NCBI RefSeq assembly: GCF_004010195.1
Contig: NC_057719.1
Location: forward strand, 17,780,165 to 17,843,890
Direction of reading: 5' to 3'
Length of the DNA: 63,726 bases
From: Chiloscyllium plagiosum
Taxonomy: Eukaryota
The notes beneath the pieces were generated by a model that had not been told where the DNA came from, did no database searches, and worked only from the letters and a program-made list of their open reading frames with translations. This document shows, piece after piece, positions 10,731 through 22,733 of the stretch; positions within the stretch are counted from its first letter, which is position 1; the number at the start of each line of letters is the position of its first letter. The translations under genes and the position numbers were made by a program.

Positions 10731-11869
10731 ACAAGCCATTTTCATTTCTACCACAAACAAGCTAAAGAGCCCATCTGGTACTGTATATGCTATCCATAAA
10801 TTTTATTCTACTCTTTACTGTTCAAGAAGTTTGTTTCACCTGAACATTCTATTTAAAACATTTCTTACTTTCCCATGTTTCTTTGCTTTGTTTAATTTGA
10901 AACCAATGCAAAATGACCCAGAGTGTATATGGCTGTGTGTGGGTGTATGTCCAGGGTGGAGGTGTGGTGGGAGGAGTTATTGGAGATGGTGTTGGGCAGA
11001 GTCAAGTTTGCTAAGAGGCAGTAAATCCCTGAGATCAGGTGACATCCTAATCAGTGAGCCAGAGCCAAAATGAATGGTCAGCTTCTGCTGGTCCTTGCGA
11101 TCGAACACTTGTGTCATCTGACAAGTCATATCTTTGTGATATAGGGAACTTCTAACATCTTAACAGAAATTAGCAGCCAGGGCTGTACCATTTTCTGACT
11201 CCAAAGGGTACCAAGGCAATTTTGCATTGTGCCTTGCCGTATGCATAATATCCAGAATTAAAATGTCTTCTGTATGTACACTTAAATTATCTTTTTAACT
11301 GTTTCGCAACAGAAATAGAAATATTTAGCACAGGACTGTGTGGCGTGAAAAAGCAGTCTTGACATTTCCAGAATGTTGCATTAATTTGGAGTGAAAAAGA
11401 AGTCATTCATAATGATACAGTCATATCATTGCGGATATTTGGGTTAAAAATGAGAACTCAAATATAAGGTGACTCTGGAAGCTTTCCATATTACATAGGG
11501 GAATTTTCAGGTAGCTTCTTCTCAGCTGCTTTAAATGGGGGTTAATTTATGTTCATAGTCTTAGTGTCTCCGAGTGAGCACCTTTATTACCTAAGATATG
11601 ATTTATAGGTTGGACTCTGGGATAAAAATGATAGGGTCAGAGTGGTGTTATGCAGTGTAATCTCTGCAGCAACTGCATAAAAATACTAATATTGTAGATT
11701 AGGGTTTTTACAGCTTCCTACTCGAATTTTATTCTCCCAAAGGGTGTTTCCCACCTTTCCTGAAGGTGCTAATTGTTACTGGAGTATAGTTCTACAGTTG
11801 TTGGCTGCCTCTCCATCCCTCAGGAATTTATTTAAGTGGCCACTTCAAATGAGAGGCTGGACAAAAGCA

Positions 11870-12080
11870 TTGATACCTTGCACTTTATAGAAGTGCTATC
11901 AAAGAAGACTTGACATCAAGATTCTGGTGACAAAAAAAGGTAAGTTTTGAGAAGTGTCTTGGCAGGAGGAGAGAAGTTGAGAGATGGAAAGATTTCAGGA
12001 GGGAATCCCAAAGCTTGGGGTCCAGGAGGCTGAAGGCATAACTACCTTCGAGGAGCAGTTCAAAACTGAGGGTGCTCAGT
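11870..12080 (-). mobile_element. L2-type LINE 3' fragment
   Basis: gagggaatcccaaagcttggggtccaggaggctgaaggc is the reverse complement of the L2 3' motif gccttcag...ccaagctNtggNattccctc. Confidence 0.6.
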
Positions 12081-13294
12081 AAAGTGTATTTGACATAGAC
12101 GGCATCGCAGTGATATCTGATTCTCATCCTTGATTTTGTGATGTTCACACATGTATAGTGTGCAGTGAATTTCTGGTCAGTAATGATTGCAGTAAATGAT
12201 CTGGCTTGACCCATTTATCACAACCATGAGCTGGGATTGACTATATGAGATTCGCTATAATAAACTCACCATCCCAGCTATTGGAAGTTTGACATTACTC
12301 AGGTGCCTGTATAAGATGGATTCAGAAGCAGGCATTATGGCTATTAACGTTTTTTGCAGTCTCTGTGCTGTTAAATGCATTTCCAATATTTTTTAAGAAG
12401 TATTATTCGCCATTTTCCATAATGTCGTGGCGGCGCTCTGTTATGCTAGAGTTATAGTGTTCAGACCAGTAACGGATTACATTGTGATGGCCATGCCTGT
12501 GTTGCAGATTTTCTGGTATTTTTGGCAGTGAGTTTACCAGCAAGTAAACTGACGTTTATTCACCTTACAAAACTGTCACATCATAATTTTTATTTCCTTG
12601 CGGAAATGCTCCTGGTGTATTTTGGAAAGCAAACACAATATTAGCTTTACAGATGTGGAAAAAAATAAACATTGATGACATTTGGTGTAGATTAGAGATG
12701 TGATGTAATTTAAATATTCAGTTTTGAAAAGAAATGCTGGGCATAACATCTCAGTGCTATGTGCAAGATTTCAATCACTTTGCTAGGGAAGGAGAACCTG
12801 TCACAATCTGGGCAGCTACATGGAATCTGATTAATTACTGTACAAGTCTTTTCTTACCTTGCTCTTATTAAGTAATTTATTGCGTGAGCAGCATGTTCAC
12901 TCTTCCCAGTGTAGTGTGTGTCTGACTCACAAGTGCAAACATCTAAATTAATGCGGTAAGCACATGAGCTCTCTGTCAGCTGGTGCCCGTCCAGGTTTGT
13001 TTATCAGATTATGTGCTCTTTTTGGCCAGTTATGTAATTTAAGAACTAAACATAACCTTCACACAGAAAAAATTAACTATGTTCACTAATAAAATATTCT
13101 CTCTTGCTTAACGTGATGCAGAATTGAAATCTGTGGTTTCTGCCTCTGTGGAATTACTTTTGTTGTTAGAATGAAATGTAGTATTTGATTTAATTGTGGT
13201 GAAGCTGTTTCTTGTATTCTTATATGATGATGCACAGTAGGTGCATAATAAGTACAATAATTATTTTTGCAAATGTAGTACTTGTGTTGAACAA

Positions 13295-13520
13295 TAGTGA
13301 TCGGGATAATGTGCTCTGATCAATCTGTATATTTGCATCCAGGAAACTTGGATCAAAAATCAGGAAAATGCAAGTTCACATTACACCATGGCAATTTGAA
13401 TTCCATTTTAGTTTAAAAGTCTGGAATTAAAAAAGGTTGGTATCATTGATAGTGACCATTCAGCTATCAGAGTTTCATTTAAAAAGCAACTGACTTGCGA
13501 GCATCCTTTCAGGTGAGAAT
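13295..13520 (+). mobile_element. Degenerate tRNA-headed SINE related to 10466-10730
   Basis: agttcacattacaccatggcaatttgaattc...aagtctggaattaaaaa...gtgaccat. Confidence 0.5.
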
Positions 13521-13932
13521 CCCAGAAGTAATAGGTTAAAAAATAAAATTTCAAAATATTGTGTATTATTAGCAATTGTAATATCAATTGCAAAGTTGCT
13601 CAAAGCACATTATTTTGTTTTTTTTTCTTTCTTACTTCAGTTGCTGTATATTTTGCTTCAGCGTACCAGTGGAATGTGCATCTGAATTCTCTCAAGCAGT
13701 ATTTTCAGAGATTTATTCCTTTACCACACCACCACCCCCCAACCTTCCCCTTCTTTCACCACGACCGACTGACGTTGCTTTTGACTGTACTTAGAGAGGC
13801 GAATGTGACACACTGTCAAAGAATTAATGTGGAGCAATGCTCATCTGGTTTTGATTTTACTTAACCCTAGTGGAAATAGTTGCAGCCATTTTAATTTAGG
13901 CTGTGTGAGTGCTGAACCTCTCAGTATAAGGA

Positions 13933-13980
13933 GTGAGTGAGTGTATGTGTGTGTGTGAGAGAGAGAGAGATAGTGTGTGT
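13933..13980. repeat. (GT)n(GA)n compound microsatellite
   Basis: gtgagtgagtgtatgtgtgtgtgtgagagagagagagatagtgtgtgt. Confidence 0.9.
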
Positions 13981-14123
13981 TGCCATGGGTCAGCCACCTC
14001 CTCTTTCCACAACCATGCGGAGCTATGCTTCCCCACCACCCCAGAATGCCGGTTCATGCTTTTCCTTTACTGTAGGATTTCAGATGATTTGTGGTTGTAG
14101 TCAGGGCTTCGCTGAAGATTAAA

Positions 14124-14314
14124 TAATGCAGTGCCCAAGAAGGTGGTGGAAGCTGATACATGAGCAACTTTCAAGATGGGATTAGACATAATTCTTAAAA
14201 AGGGAAATCATTGTTGGGGAAGGGGCTGGGTAACAGGTTTAAATGAGAGAGTTCTTGGAAAGAGCCGGAATGGACATGATGGATGGAATGGCCTCTCTCT
14301 CTCTCTCTCTCTCT
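14124..14314 (+). mobile_element. Old CR1 3' fragment ending in (CT)n
   Basis: gtggtggaagc...tttcaagatgggattagac...gacatgatggatggaatggcctc, followed by about 10 CT units. Confidence 0.6.
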
Positions 14315-14719
14315 TTGTGTTGTTGAGAAGTGAATGAATATCTCACCGAGGCCATTTTGTTCTTCTTGTCATCAGTGAGGTGAAATCTCTGCCTTTTGTC
14401 TCCGACCTACAGTGCACAATTTGTGGGGCTTCACCAATATTGAAAAAGGTAAAAATAATTTTAAAAATGAAGCAATGAAGCTAATTTGTGTGCGTGTTTT
14501 TAAGCTCCTTGCATATTCCCTTCCTTTGGCTGCCCATTTTGGTGGAAGTGTGCTAACGTAATGTTGTTGCAGTCCTGCTTAAGCATTAACGTCTTTCTGA
14601 CAATTCCTTAAAGAAAGGGCCTTCTGAAGTCTGACAGTCATCTGAGATCTCTCCACTCCCCAAAATTCTTTCTTTCCTTGCCTCTCTCATTTATTGCGCT
14701 CTGCTAATGGTAGTCATGT

Positions 14720-14920
14720 CTTACGATATTTAGATGAAGCTTTACATAAATCCATCCCTTAGCTTTCCTGTCCTTATCACCGTCTCCATCTTAAATCTGT
14801 TCTTCAGTACTTTTGGGCACCTGCTGCCTTTTTCAGCTCATTGTCAGTTTTGGTCTGATCGTGTTACTGTGAAACACCTTGAAAGTCTTGCAATGTTAAA
14901 GTTACATAAAAGGTATTTTT
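14720..14920 (+). mobile_element. L2-type 3' fragment (old)
   Basis: cttttgggcacctg...tgtcagttttggtctgat...ctgtgaaacaccttga...aatgttaaag. Confidence 0.45.
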
Positions 14921-16307
14921 AAGAAAGGACAGCAGGTGAAAGTCATACATGCGCTTCATACATGGAAGGAGAAATCGTGGATGTCAACGAAAGAAATGAA
15001 CTCTAGTAGCAAATTAAGAATGGAAAAAGCTCAGTAAGTTGACAGAGGGGGGAGGATGAAAATCAGGAAATTGCATATTTCATCGAAGTTGTAACAAGGC
15101 ATGAGAGTGTGGTGAAGGGTGTATCAGTCTTTGGGTTCACGTGACAGCATTGCTGTGTGGTTTATGACGTCGTCCTGAGCAGTTGTTGTCTTGTAGACTG
15201 GTAAACAAGCTTGCAGCCATTTTGTCATTTTCTGCCTTAGTGCTCTTGTTGGGCAAGAATATTGCACTCTTGCTGGAGGTGCAGCACATGGCTAGGATCA
15301 AAAAAACAGTTAGTCTCAGAATGGGCTTAGTAATGATTCGCCAGAGCCACATGTAGCTTTAACACAAAGCTGACGCTGACAGTGCAGTGGGTCCTTGATT
15401 TGAGGTCCCACAGAAGTGATGTGATGGGCCTCAGCTGCAATAGAGAATAACAACAGTGCAATATTTTAACCATTTAAGGGTTTTAAAATAACTGAGGTGT
15501 AAAGGAGTTAGGGTAGAATCATGAGGCATAGAAGAAATCATTGACTTTGACAAGGAGAGAATTTGTGGCCGTTGAATGTGCACTGTGCCCTATCACTCTA
15601 GGTTTGTTGCTCTTTGACGATAGTGTGTCTCTGTGGTGTTAAAGCTGTCTTCACATTGTCATACAGCCATGAATTAGCTTTAGGTCTCTTTTTTTACATT
15701 CCCTCCACTCGACCAGGGTCATTTTCTCTTTATTAGAGATCAGAAACGAGCGGCAAGGAAACACAGCTTGAGAATAGTAAATGCCGGAAGTTCACAGCAG
15801 AAAAAAGAAATGACAGCAAAATTTTTCTGGGTGGTTCAGCTTTTTGAGTTCTGATGAATCTAGAACAGAGACAGCGACTTGTCTCTTCTCTTCACTGATC
15901 TTAATTGAGCTGCTGTGCAAATTCAGGCCAACCTATTAATTTATCTTTCTCCTCAGTTCTCAATTAACTGCTAAGGCTTTTCTAAAGTTGCCACTGAATA
16001 TAAAAAGACCAAAACCACTATTTGATTACCCACTTTAGAAATCACCCAAGACCTGAAAAATTATCTTGGTTGTGGTTGTTTTGAATTTTTTTTATTGCCA
16101 GTTGGGTGGCTGATTTTAAAACATTTGTTACTGTTTTGACTTGTACCTGCTTTATCTCTATCAAAACTTCACTTTCCTGGATAATTCTTTAATTTTTCCC
16201 AGTGTGAGGAACTCCAGTCCAGTAATCTGCTCTTTTCCTAGTATGGGTTACTGGTTTGTGAAGTGTTCAAAAAGATGCAGATATTGCTGTTGGTGCTAGC
16301 ATTTCTT

Positions 16308-16606
16308 TTAGATTAGATTACTTACAGTGTGGAAACAGGCCCTTCGACCCAACAAGTCCACGCTGACCCGCCGAAGCGCAACCCACGCATACCCATTCCC
16401 CTACGTTTACCCCTTCACCTAACACTACGGGCAATTTAGCATGGCCAATTCACCTAACCTGCACATTTTTGGACTGTGGGAGGAAACCCACCCAGACACG
16501 GGGAGAATGTGCAAACTCCACACAGACAGTCGCATGAGGCGGGAATTGACCCGGGTCTCTGGCGCTGTGAGGCAGCAGTGCTAACCACAGTGCCACTGTG
16601 CCACCC
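16308..16606 (-). mobile_element. HE1 SINE (V-SINE), full length
   Basis: The minus strand has the A-box tggcactgtggttagcactgctgcctcacag, a B-box, the V-domain gtgtggagtttgcacattctcccc, a HER1-like tail and (aatct)n. Confidence 0.95.
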
Positions 16607-16616
16607 ACTTAAATAT

Positions 16617-16930
16617 TGATTAGATTCCCTACAGTATGGAAACAGGCCCTTCGGCCCAACAAGCCCACACCAACCCTTCGAAGAGTAACCCACCCAGACC
16701 CATTTCCCTCTGACCAATGCATCTAACACTATGGGCAATTTAGCATGGCCAATCTACCTAACCTGCACATCTTTGGACTGTGGGGGGAAACCAGAACACT
16801 CAGAGGAAACCCACGCAGACATGGGGAGAATATGCAAATTCCGTGCAGACAGTTGCCTGAGGTTGGAATCGAACGCGGGTCCCTGGTGCTGTGAGGCTGC
16901 AGTGCTAACCACTGAGCCACCGTGCCGCCC
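16617..16930 (-). mobile_element. HE1 SINE (V-SINE), full length, second subfamily
   Basis: Head gggcggcacggtggctcagtggttagc, B-box gttcgattcc, tail ctgtagggaatctaatca. Confidence 0.95.
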
Positions 16931-17027
16931 AATGTTCTAATCTGCTGTATAATTGTTCCATATCTTGAGAGTTTGAAATCTTGACAACTGTTCAGAATTG
17001 TGAAGAGTAGAATAAACAGTGAGAAAC

Positions 17028-17310
17028 ACTTCCCATTGGCAAAATGGCTGAGAAGCAGAGGACATCAGAGGAAGGCAAATGGCAAAAGGAACAAATAAGC
17101 AATATGGAGAAACATTGTGAGTTGTTACACTCTGGAATGCATTGCCTGAAAGGTTGGTGGAAGCATTCTTCACTCTGCTTTCAAAAGGAATTAGATGAGT
17201 AATTGAAAATAAAAATGTGCAAGGCAATGGAGAAGAGTGTCAGACTAACTAACTCACTTTTGCAGAGCGCTAACAAGAACTTTGTGCAGAAACCATTCTG
17301 TAATTTTATG
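17028..17310 (+). mobile_element. Old CR1 3' fragment
   Basis: ctggaatgcattgcctgaaaggttggtggaagca...tttcaaaaggaattagat. Confidence 0.6.
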
Positions 17311-18407
17311 AGTTTAAAAAAAAGTTAGGAATTCCCTCCTAGATGTCTTCTGGTGCACCATTGACATGTAACTCCTGGAGTTGACCCCTGGTCTGTGCTA
17401 AGTTGGGTGATCCCTGCTGTAGCAGCATTCTGAATGTTACACCTGACCTCAGTTTCCCAAAGATACAGGTATGAGATCACCTCAGTTCTCTGTTTCCTCA
17501 GTGCTGTCCATCCTGTCACTTTGAAAAGTCTGTCATGGGCTACTTTACCTTGGTTACTATGGGCTACTTTGCTTGATTGCATTCCCCCAGTGTCTCTCAG
17601 TGTGTTGTTGTTGGGGCAGGACAGAATCAGGGGGTTTGTCTATGGTTTCCCCTCGTTTGAATGAGACAAAACTTGTAGTCTAGTTTGATGACACTGTTGG
17701 CTGACAATGAAATTGTGTCCCAGCATGAATGAGGTGTGCAAGAAAGATGGGGGAGGAGGAAAATAAAGAGAGAGCCACTTTTTCCACGCATGCTTTGAGA
17801 ACTCCTTGGCAGGCAGTTCCAAGAAGGGTGTTAAGAAAGTACAAAATGACTCAAAGGCCTTGTGTCCTGTCAGATGTGGACATAGCCCAGTGAAAAGGCT
17901 CGTTGCAAAGCAGAATGTTGACTGTTTTAAAATCATTGTTAGACTGGTAGTGTAATCGTGTTTCTATTTGACAGTTTCTTTTTTTAGCAGGGAATTTAAG
18001 CTGCCTGCTCAGAGATACACTATTGCACCCAGCTGAGCAAATAAGCAATCTCGCATCCCAGTTGGCAGGGCTTGTATACATGATAGACTGTGGCGAAAAG
18101 TATAATTTTTTTCTTGAAAAATATTTTAAACTGTAACAGATGTGCATGTAAGCACAAGCATACCAGCTCCCTTCCTCAGAAGTAGGATAAGTTGCATTGT
18201 TTTGTAGGGTGTAGGCTGGGCACAGTACAAAGAGGCACCTTGCTTTAAAGGCAGTTAATTGTAAATAAGATGTCGAATAAAGGGACTCATTTGACTTTAG
18301 GCACGAGGGTAAAACACCAGTTAAACATCTCTCCTGAATTTTTTATTTGACCTAATATCAGTCAAGGAGTTTCATAGGTGGTTAAACTGACTACTCGTTG
18401 AGTAATA

Positions 18408-18495
18408 TATGAAGTGGGAGTAGACAAATCAGCTTTTCAAGCTTATTCCACCATTCTGTGTGATCATGTCTGTTCTGTATCTTAGCTCCAAATAC
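18408..18495 (-). mobile_element. CR1 3' tail remnant
   Basis: ggagtagacaaatcagc...ccaccattc...gatcatgtctg is the reverse complement of the cagccatgatc-type CR1 tail. Confidence 0.45.
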
Positions 18496-20771
18496 CGGCA
18501 ACTGTTAACTCTCTTTCCTAATCTCAGATTGACACTGGGTACAGTTCATCTGTTACTAGTATCTTGCCAAAGTGTGTGAGGTCTTTGAATATTGTGGGGG
18601 GAATCGAAATGTTTGGTTTCCACCTGCCTCTTACCTTTGCATTGAGGATTCTTTAATATAGAGGTCTGGAGGTAGTTTCATGTTTTTGATTCACTCCTTC
18701 ACTAAAACAGTGGTGCTGAGGGCAATGCTGATGAGCTGAGTGCCATTTCAAATGAGGTCAGCTCAACAGAGTTGCTTAGACTTCATTGCTATAAGAAGAA
18801 AACCACATTGCTCAGCGATTAGGCGATCTGGTGACCGTAAATTGGTTTGTGTGAAGTGGGGAAAAGGTGATAGAGGAAAGTGTAGTAAAAGGGACAATAA
18901 TTGTTGCACCATGTTTATGCTGAACAGCATAATTGTTATACTGTACATCTACACATGTTAACTAGGATTGTTTGGGGTATAGTTGGGTGTTGAATGTCAT
19001 CATCTGATGAGTGTTTGAACTTTTGCTACAGGCCTGAATGTGCAAGCATGCTACGGATGTGCTGTACATGAGCATTCATTTCCCTAAATCCCTTGATTAC
19101 ACAAAGCAAAATGGGCATTTTGCGATAAAATGTTTCAGTAAGCATTGTAATTAAGATGGGCTGACAGAAGGATGACCTTTTCTAATTCTCACACCTCTTG
19201 CCCTCCGTATAGGGTCAGATACTGAAATGTTAAGTTATCAACTTATAAAAGAGATAAAGAACCACCAGCTGATCAGACTAAGCAGTCAGGCAAAACATGG
19301 GGTTACAAGGATAAAGATTTTTGTAAAAAGGAATCTCATTAACCAGGTGACTCTGCTAAGCAGATTCTGTTGTGTATGTGCTAATGTGTCTCTTTAATCA
19401 GCTACCTTCTGATTTCTGTACCTGTCTCTGTCATAGCAATCTTAACAGAGTTTGGGCCACATTTGGATGAAGCCTATGAGAAGGTTTTGACATGAAAGCA
19501 ATAATTTAGCGATGGGCCAAAGATAATAGTTTAATTTGCCTTCTTAGAGTGGATAGATCTTAAGTGAATTAGGAGACCTGCAGACAACACAAAAATGTCT
19601 CCATTGCTATTGGGTTTTGGGTATCCTTCGCTTTCACTGTGCCACCTTGAGAAAGAAAATATAATAATGTACAAGGAATGGAGGACGAAGTACGCAGTGG
19701 TACAAGTTGAAACTCACCCCTACAAACACAATAATCTTGTGTTGTCTTTTGCGGGTTAGAAAATGGAACCAACACTTTCAGACCGGGATGATCCCATATA
19801 TAGTTTCCCACCCTGCTTCTGTCATTGCATTGAATTAATGGGAAGGATAATTCCCCTGAATAGGGAAGGATTAATAATCTTGTGTTGGTCCTCCTGCTAT
19901 GTGGACTTGCTCTCCACAACTGTCTGGATTTGTCCCCTGCCCGTACACCCAATTCACCATCTTAGGAATATGGACAGCACTGAGAACAGACACAATGACG
20001 ATAGCTGTTGTGATGCTGAGGACACCTGGTGCCGTGCACTGTCAAGACTGTGGCTCGCATTAGAACTGCTCTGCGCCATAAGAAACCGGGTCATGTTTGG
20101 AGTGTAAAAATAGCAAAGGACTCTGATTTTGGAGCCTGATACCTGGTTAAAAGCAGGCCAGGTTCTGCTGGTCTTTTTACAGAATTATTGCCAGATGAAC
20201 GCTCAGATCTTTTAATATGAACGAGGCCCCCTTGCCTCTGAGAAAATTACACTGATGGTTGGGGTTGGACACAAAGGAGGAGGGGAAAACAACATAGAAA
20301 ACTCCTGAGGAATCGGGCTGAAGAATTTTTCATGAAATTTGATCGGTCACAAATCACCAGTTTAATGCCTGTAGTTAAAATACATAGAAACAACTGTATG
20401 AATTAAGAAATTCTGTTGCACTCTCAGGTTCAGATCCCAGTTGCAATTCCTCAGGGAACAGTTTTTTCTGATTTTAAGAAAATGGCATTTTACCTTCTCT
20501 TTAAAATCTTAAAAGTTAAGCTTAGCCAGAAGCTCAACACTTAGCTGTGGCAGAATGCCACTCATCATAAAAAGCACTGCACTGACTCTGTAACCTGAGT
20601 TTTTTGCTGAGTTTGGCACAGAGCTGTGAGTACTGAACTTAGGCTGTACCTTTACTGTACTGAGACGGGGGGAGAGCTGAAGTGTTGGGGGGGGGAGTCT
20701 ACACTCTGTCAGTCATACTCAGTGTACAGTCTAGCATTCGTCTGGTTAACCCTTTCTCAGGTAAGGTTTGT

Positions 20772-21190
20772 TTCAGCTATGGTTCAGTGGATGACACCCT
20801 TCCCTGAGTTACTAGCTTGTGGGCTCAACTCATACTCCAGAGCCTTCAACATAAAATCTAAGCTGACAGTCAAGCATGCTGTCTTCTTTCAGAGGTGGTG
20901 CCAGCCCTCTCCTGGCTGGATGTTAAAGCTTGCACAGTACTGTACTTGAAGCAGTACAGGAAAACACTCGGCAGGCTGGACCAATATGTATTCCTCAGTC
21001 AACATCACCAGAACTGTTTAACTGAGCATTACCGCATTTGTGGAAGCTACTGCGTGTAAATTGGTTGATTTTGTTTTCTCTGAAATTGCAACAGTCGCTA
21101 CGTTTCAATAAGTACTCCATTGTCTGCAAAGCACTCAGCAATGTCGAGAGGTTGAGAAAGGCACACTATAAATGCAGGTCTTCCTTTTGC
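20772..21190 (+). mobile_element. SacSINE1-like Deu-domain SINE, near full length
   Basis: tRNA head (tggttcagtgg...gtgggctcaactc), Deu-domain-like core (ccaatatgtattcctcagtcaacatcac...tttgtggaagc...aaattgg) and tail gaaaggcacactataaatgcaggtcttc. Confidence 0.75.
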
Positions 21191-21562
21191 TTTTATTAAT
21201 ATTTAGAGTAACTGCCTCAGGCTTTATTTTATATCCATTATGGTGCTGACCCTGGGTTTGCTATATGGCATCATTGGCACTGCATTTTCTCTTGTATCAC
21301 TTTGTTAATGGCTTTGTTTAGATGCTATTTGGGAATACTATCTGTCTTCACATAGGGAATTAGCCGTACATCGGGCAATAATTGCTAACGTGGATGTACA
21401 GTAGTGATGGAAAAGTTGTGAATGAGTTTTTAACCCTTACTGTTGGACATGACTGGGATAATAATGATGGTGCTCATGTTGCCTTGGATGCCCAGCCCTT
21501 AACCACACTCAGGGGGAGTGGGGAAGGCAGATACCCAGAGAAGGCTTGATGAGTAAGAAACT

Positions 21563-22733
21563 GCATGACAAATTTGTTGGAACTGTTTGAGAAGGTAACA
21601 GGCAGACTAGATAAAGGCGAGCCAGTAGACATAATATATTTGGATTAACAATAGGTGTTGGATAAGATACTGCATTTAAGGATACTTAAATGGATTAAAA
21701 AACCATGGTATTGGGGGTAGTACATAAGTATGGACAAAGGGTTGGCTATCTAATACAAATCAGATTTGACATAAAGGGAACATTTTTGGAATGGCAGCTG
21801 GTAGAGGGATCAGAACAAGGGGCCACTATTTGTTACAATATATGTTTTTGGACGATAGACTATGGCCAGATTTGCAGATTACAGAAATAGGTGGAAAAGT
21901 AAGCAATGAAGTGGGAAAAAAAGTCTACAGAGGAATAGAGACAGTTTGAGTGAGTGAGTGAGCAAACATTTGTCAAATGGCATCTAATCTGGGAAAATGT
22001 GAAGTTATGCACTTTGGCAGAAAGAACGGAGGAGCTGAATATTATTTCAAGGGCAAAGACTGTAGAAAGCTGCAGCACAGAGATTTGGAGTACTCATGCA
22101 TGGAATATAACAAGCTTGTATCTAAGTTGAGCGGGTAATAGGGAAGTCAAATGGAATATTGGACTCTATTTCAGCGAGAGTGGAATACAAAAGTAGAAGG
22201 TCTTGCTTAAACTATACAAGGTACTAATCAGACCACACCTGGAATAGTGAATAATTTTAGTCGTCTTATCTTAGCAAAGCAGTCTGGAGAAAGTTCACTA
22301 GGTTGATTCTGAGTATGGAGGGATTTTCTTGTCAGGGCGGGTTTAGTCAGTTAGGTTTGTATTTACTGCTGTTTAAAAGAGTGAGAGATGATCTTATTAG
22401 CTGAGAGGTTTTTTTCACCTTCTAGGATAATCTAGGGTAGATGCCATAGTCTTAGAATAAGGAGTCCGCCATTGAAAACAGAGATGAAGAGAAGTTCCTT
22501 CTTTCAGAGTGTAGTCAATCTGGAATTCTTCACCATAGAGTGCTGTCGAAGCTGAGTTGTTAAGTATATTCAAGGCTGAGGTAAACAGATTTTTAATCAG
22601 TGCGGGAATCGAAGATTATGGGGATTGGCAGGAAATAGAGTTGAGCATTATCATTATCAGATCAGCTATGAACTCATTGTATGGCAGAGCAGACTGAATG
22701 GACTGAATAGCCTGTTTCTGTTTCTATTATCTT
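21563..22733 (+). mobile_element. Degenerate CR1 LINE, RT to 3' end
   Basis: TNLLELFEKVT and PVDIIYLD-like remnants, aaatgtgaagttatgcactttgg (KCEVMHFG), and tail cagatcagctatga...ggactgaatagcct. Confidence 0.85.

Noticed and set aside
11720..11870. Possible unclassified interspersed shark repeat
   Set aside because: It looks familiar, but there is no clear second copy in the window and I cannot assign it.
15775..15930. Very old fold-back with CTGATGA
   Set aside because: The arms are too degenerate and there is no stem II/GAAA arrangement.
16308..16930. tRNA genes
   Set aside because: The A/B boxes belong to HE1 SINE heads followed by a V-domain and LINE tail; there is no full cloverleaf.
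17990..18100. Exon after a strong acceptor (tttcttttttagcag)
   Set aside because: There is no good donor and no recognisable peptide.
19003..19025. CTGATGA as a hammerhead or C/D box
   Set aside because: There is no downstream GAAA with stems and no terminal stem; it is expected by chance.
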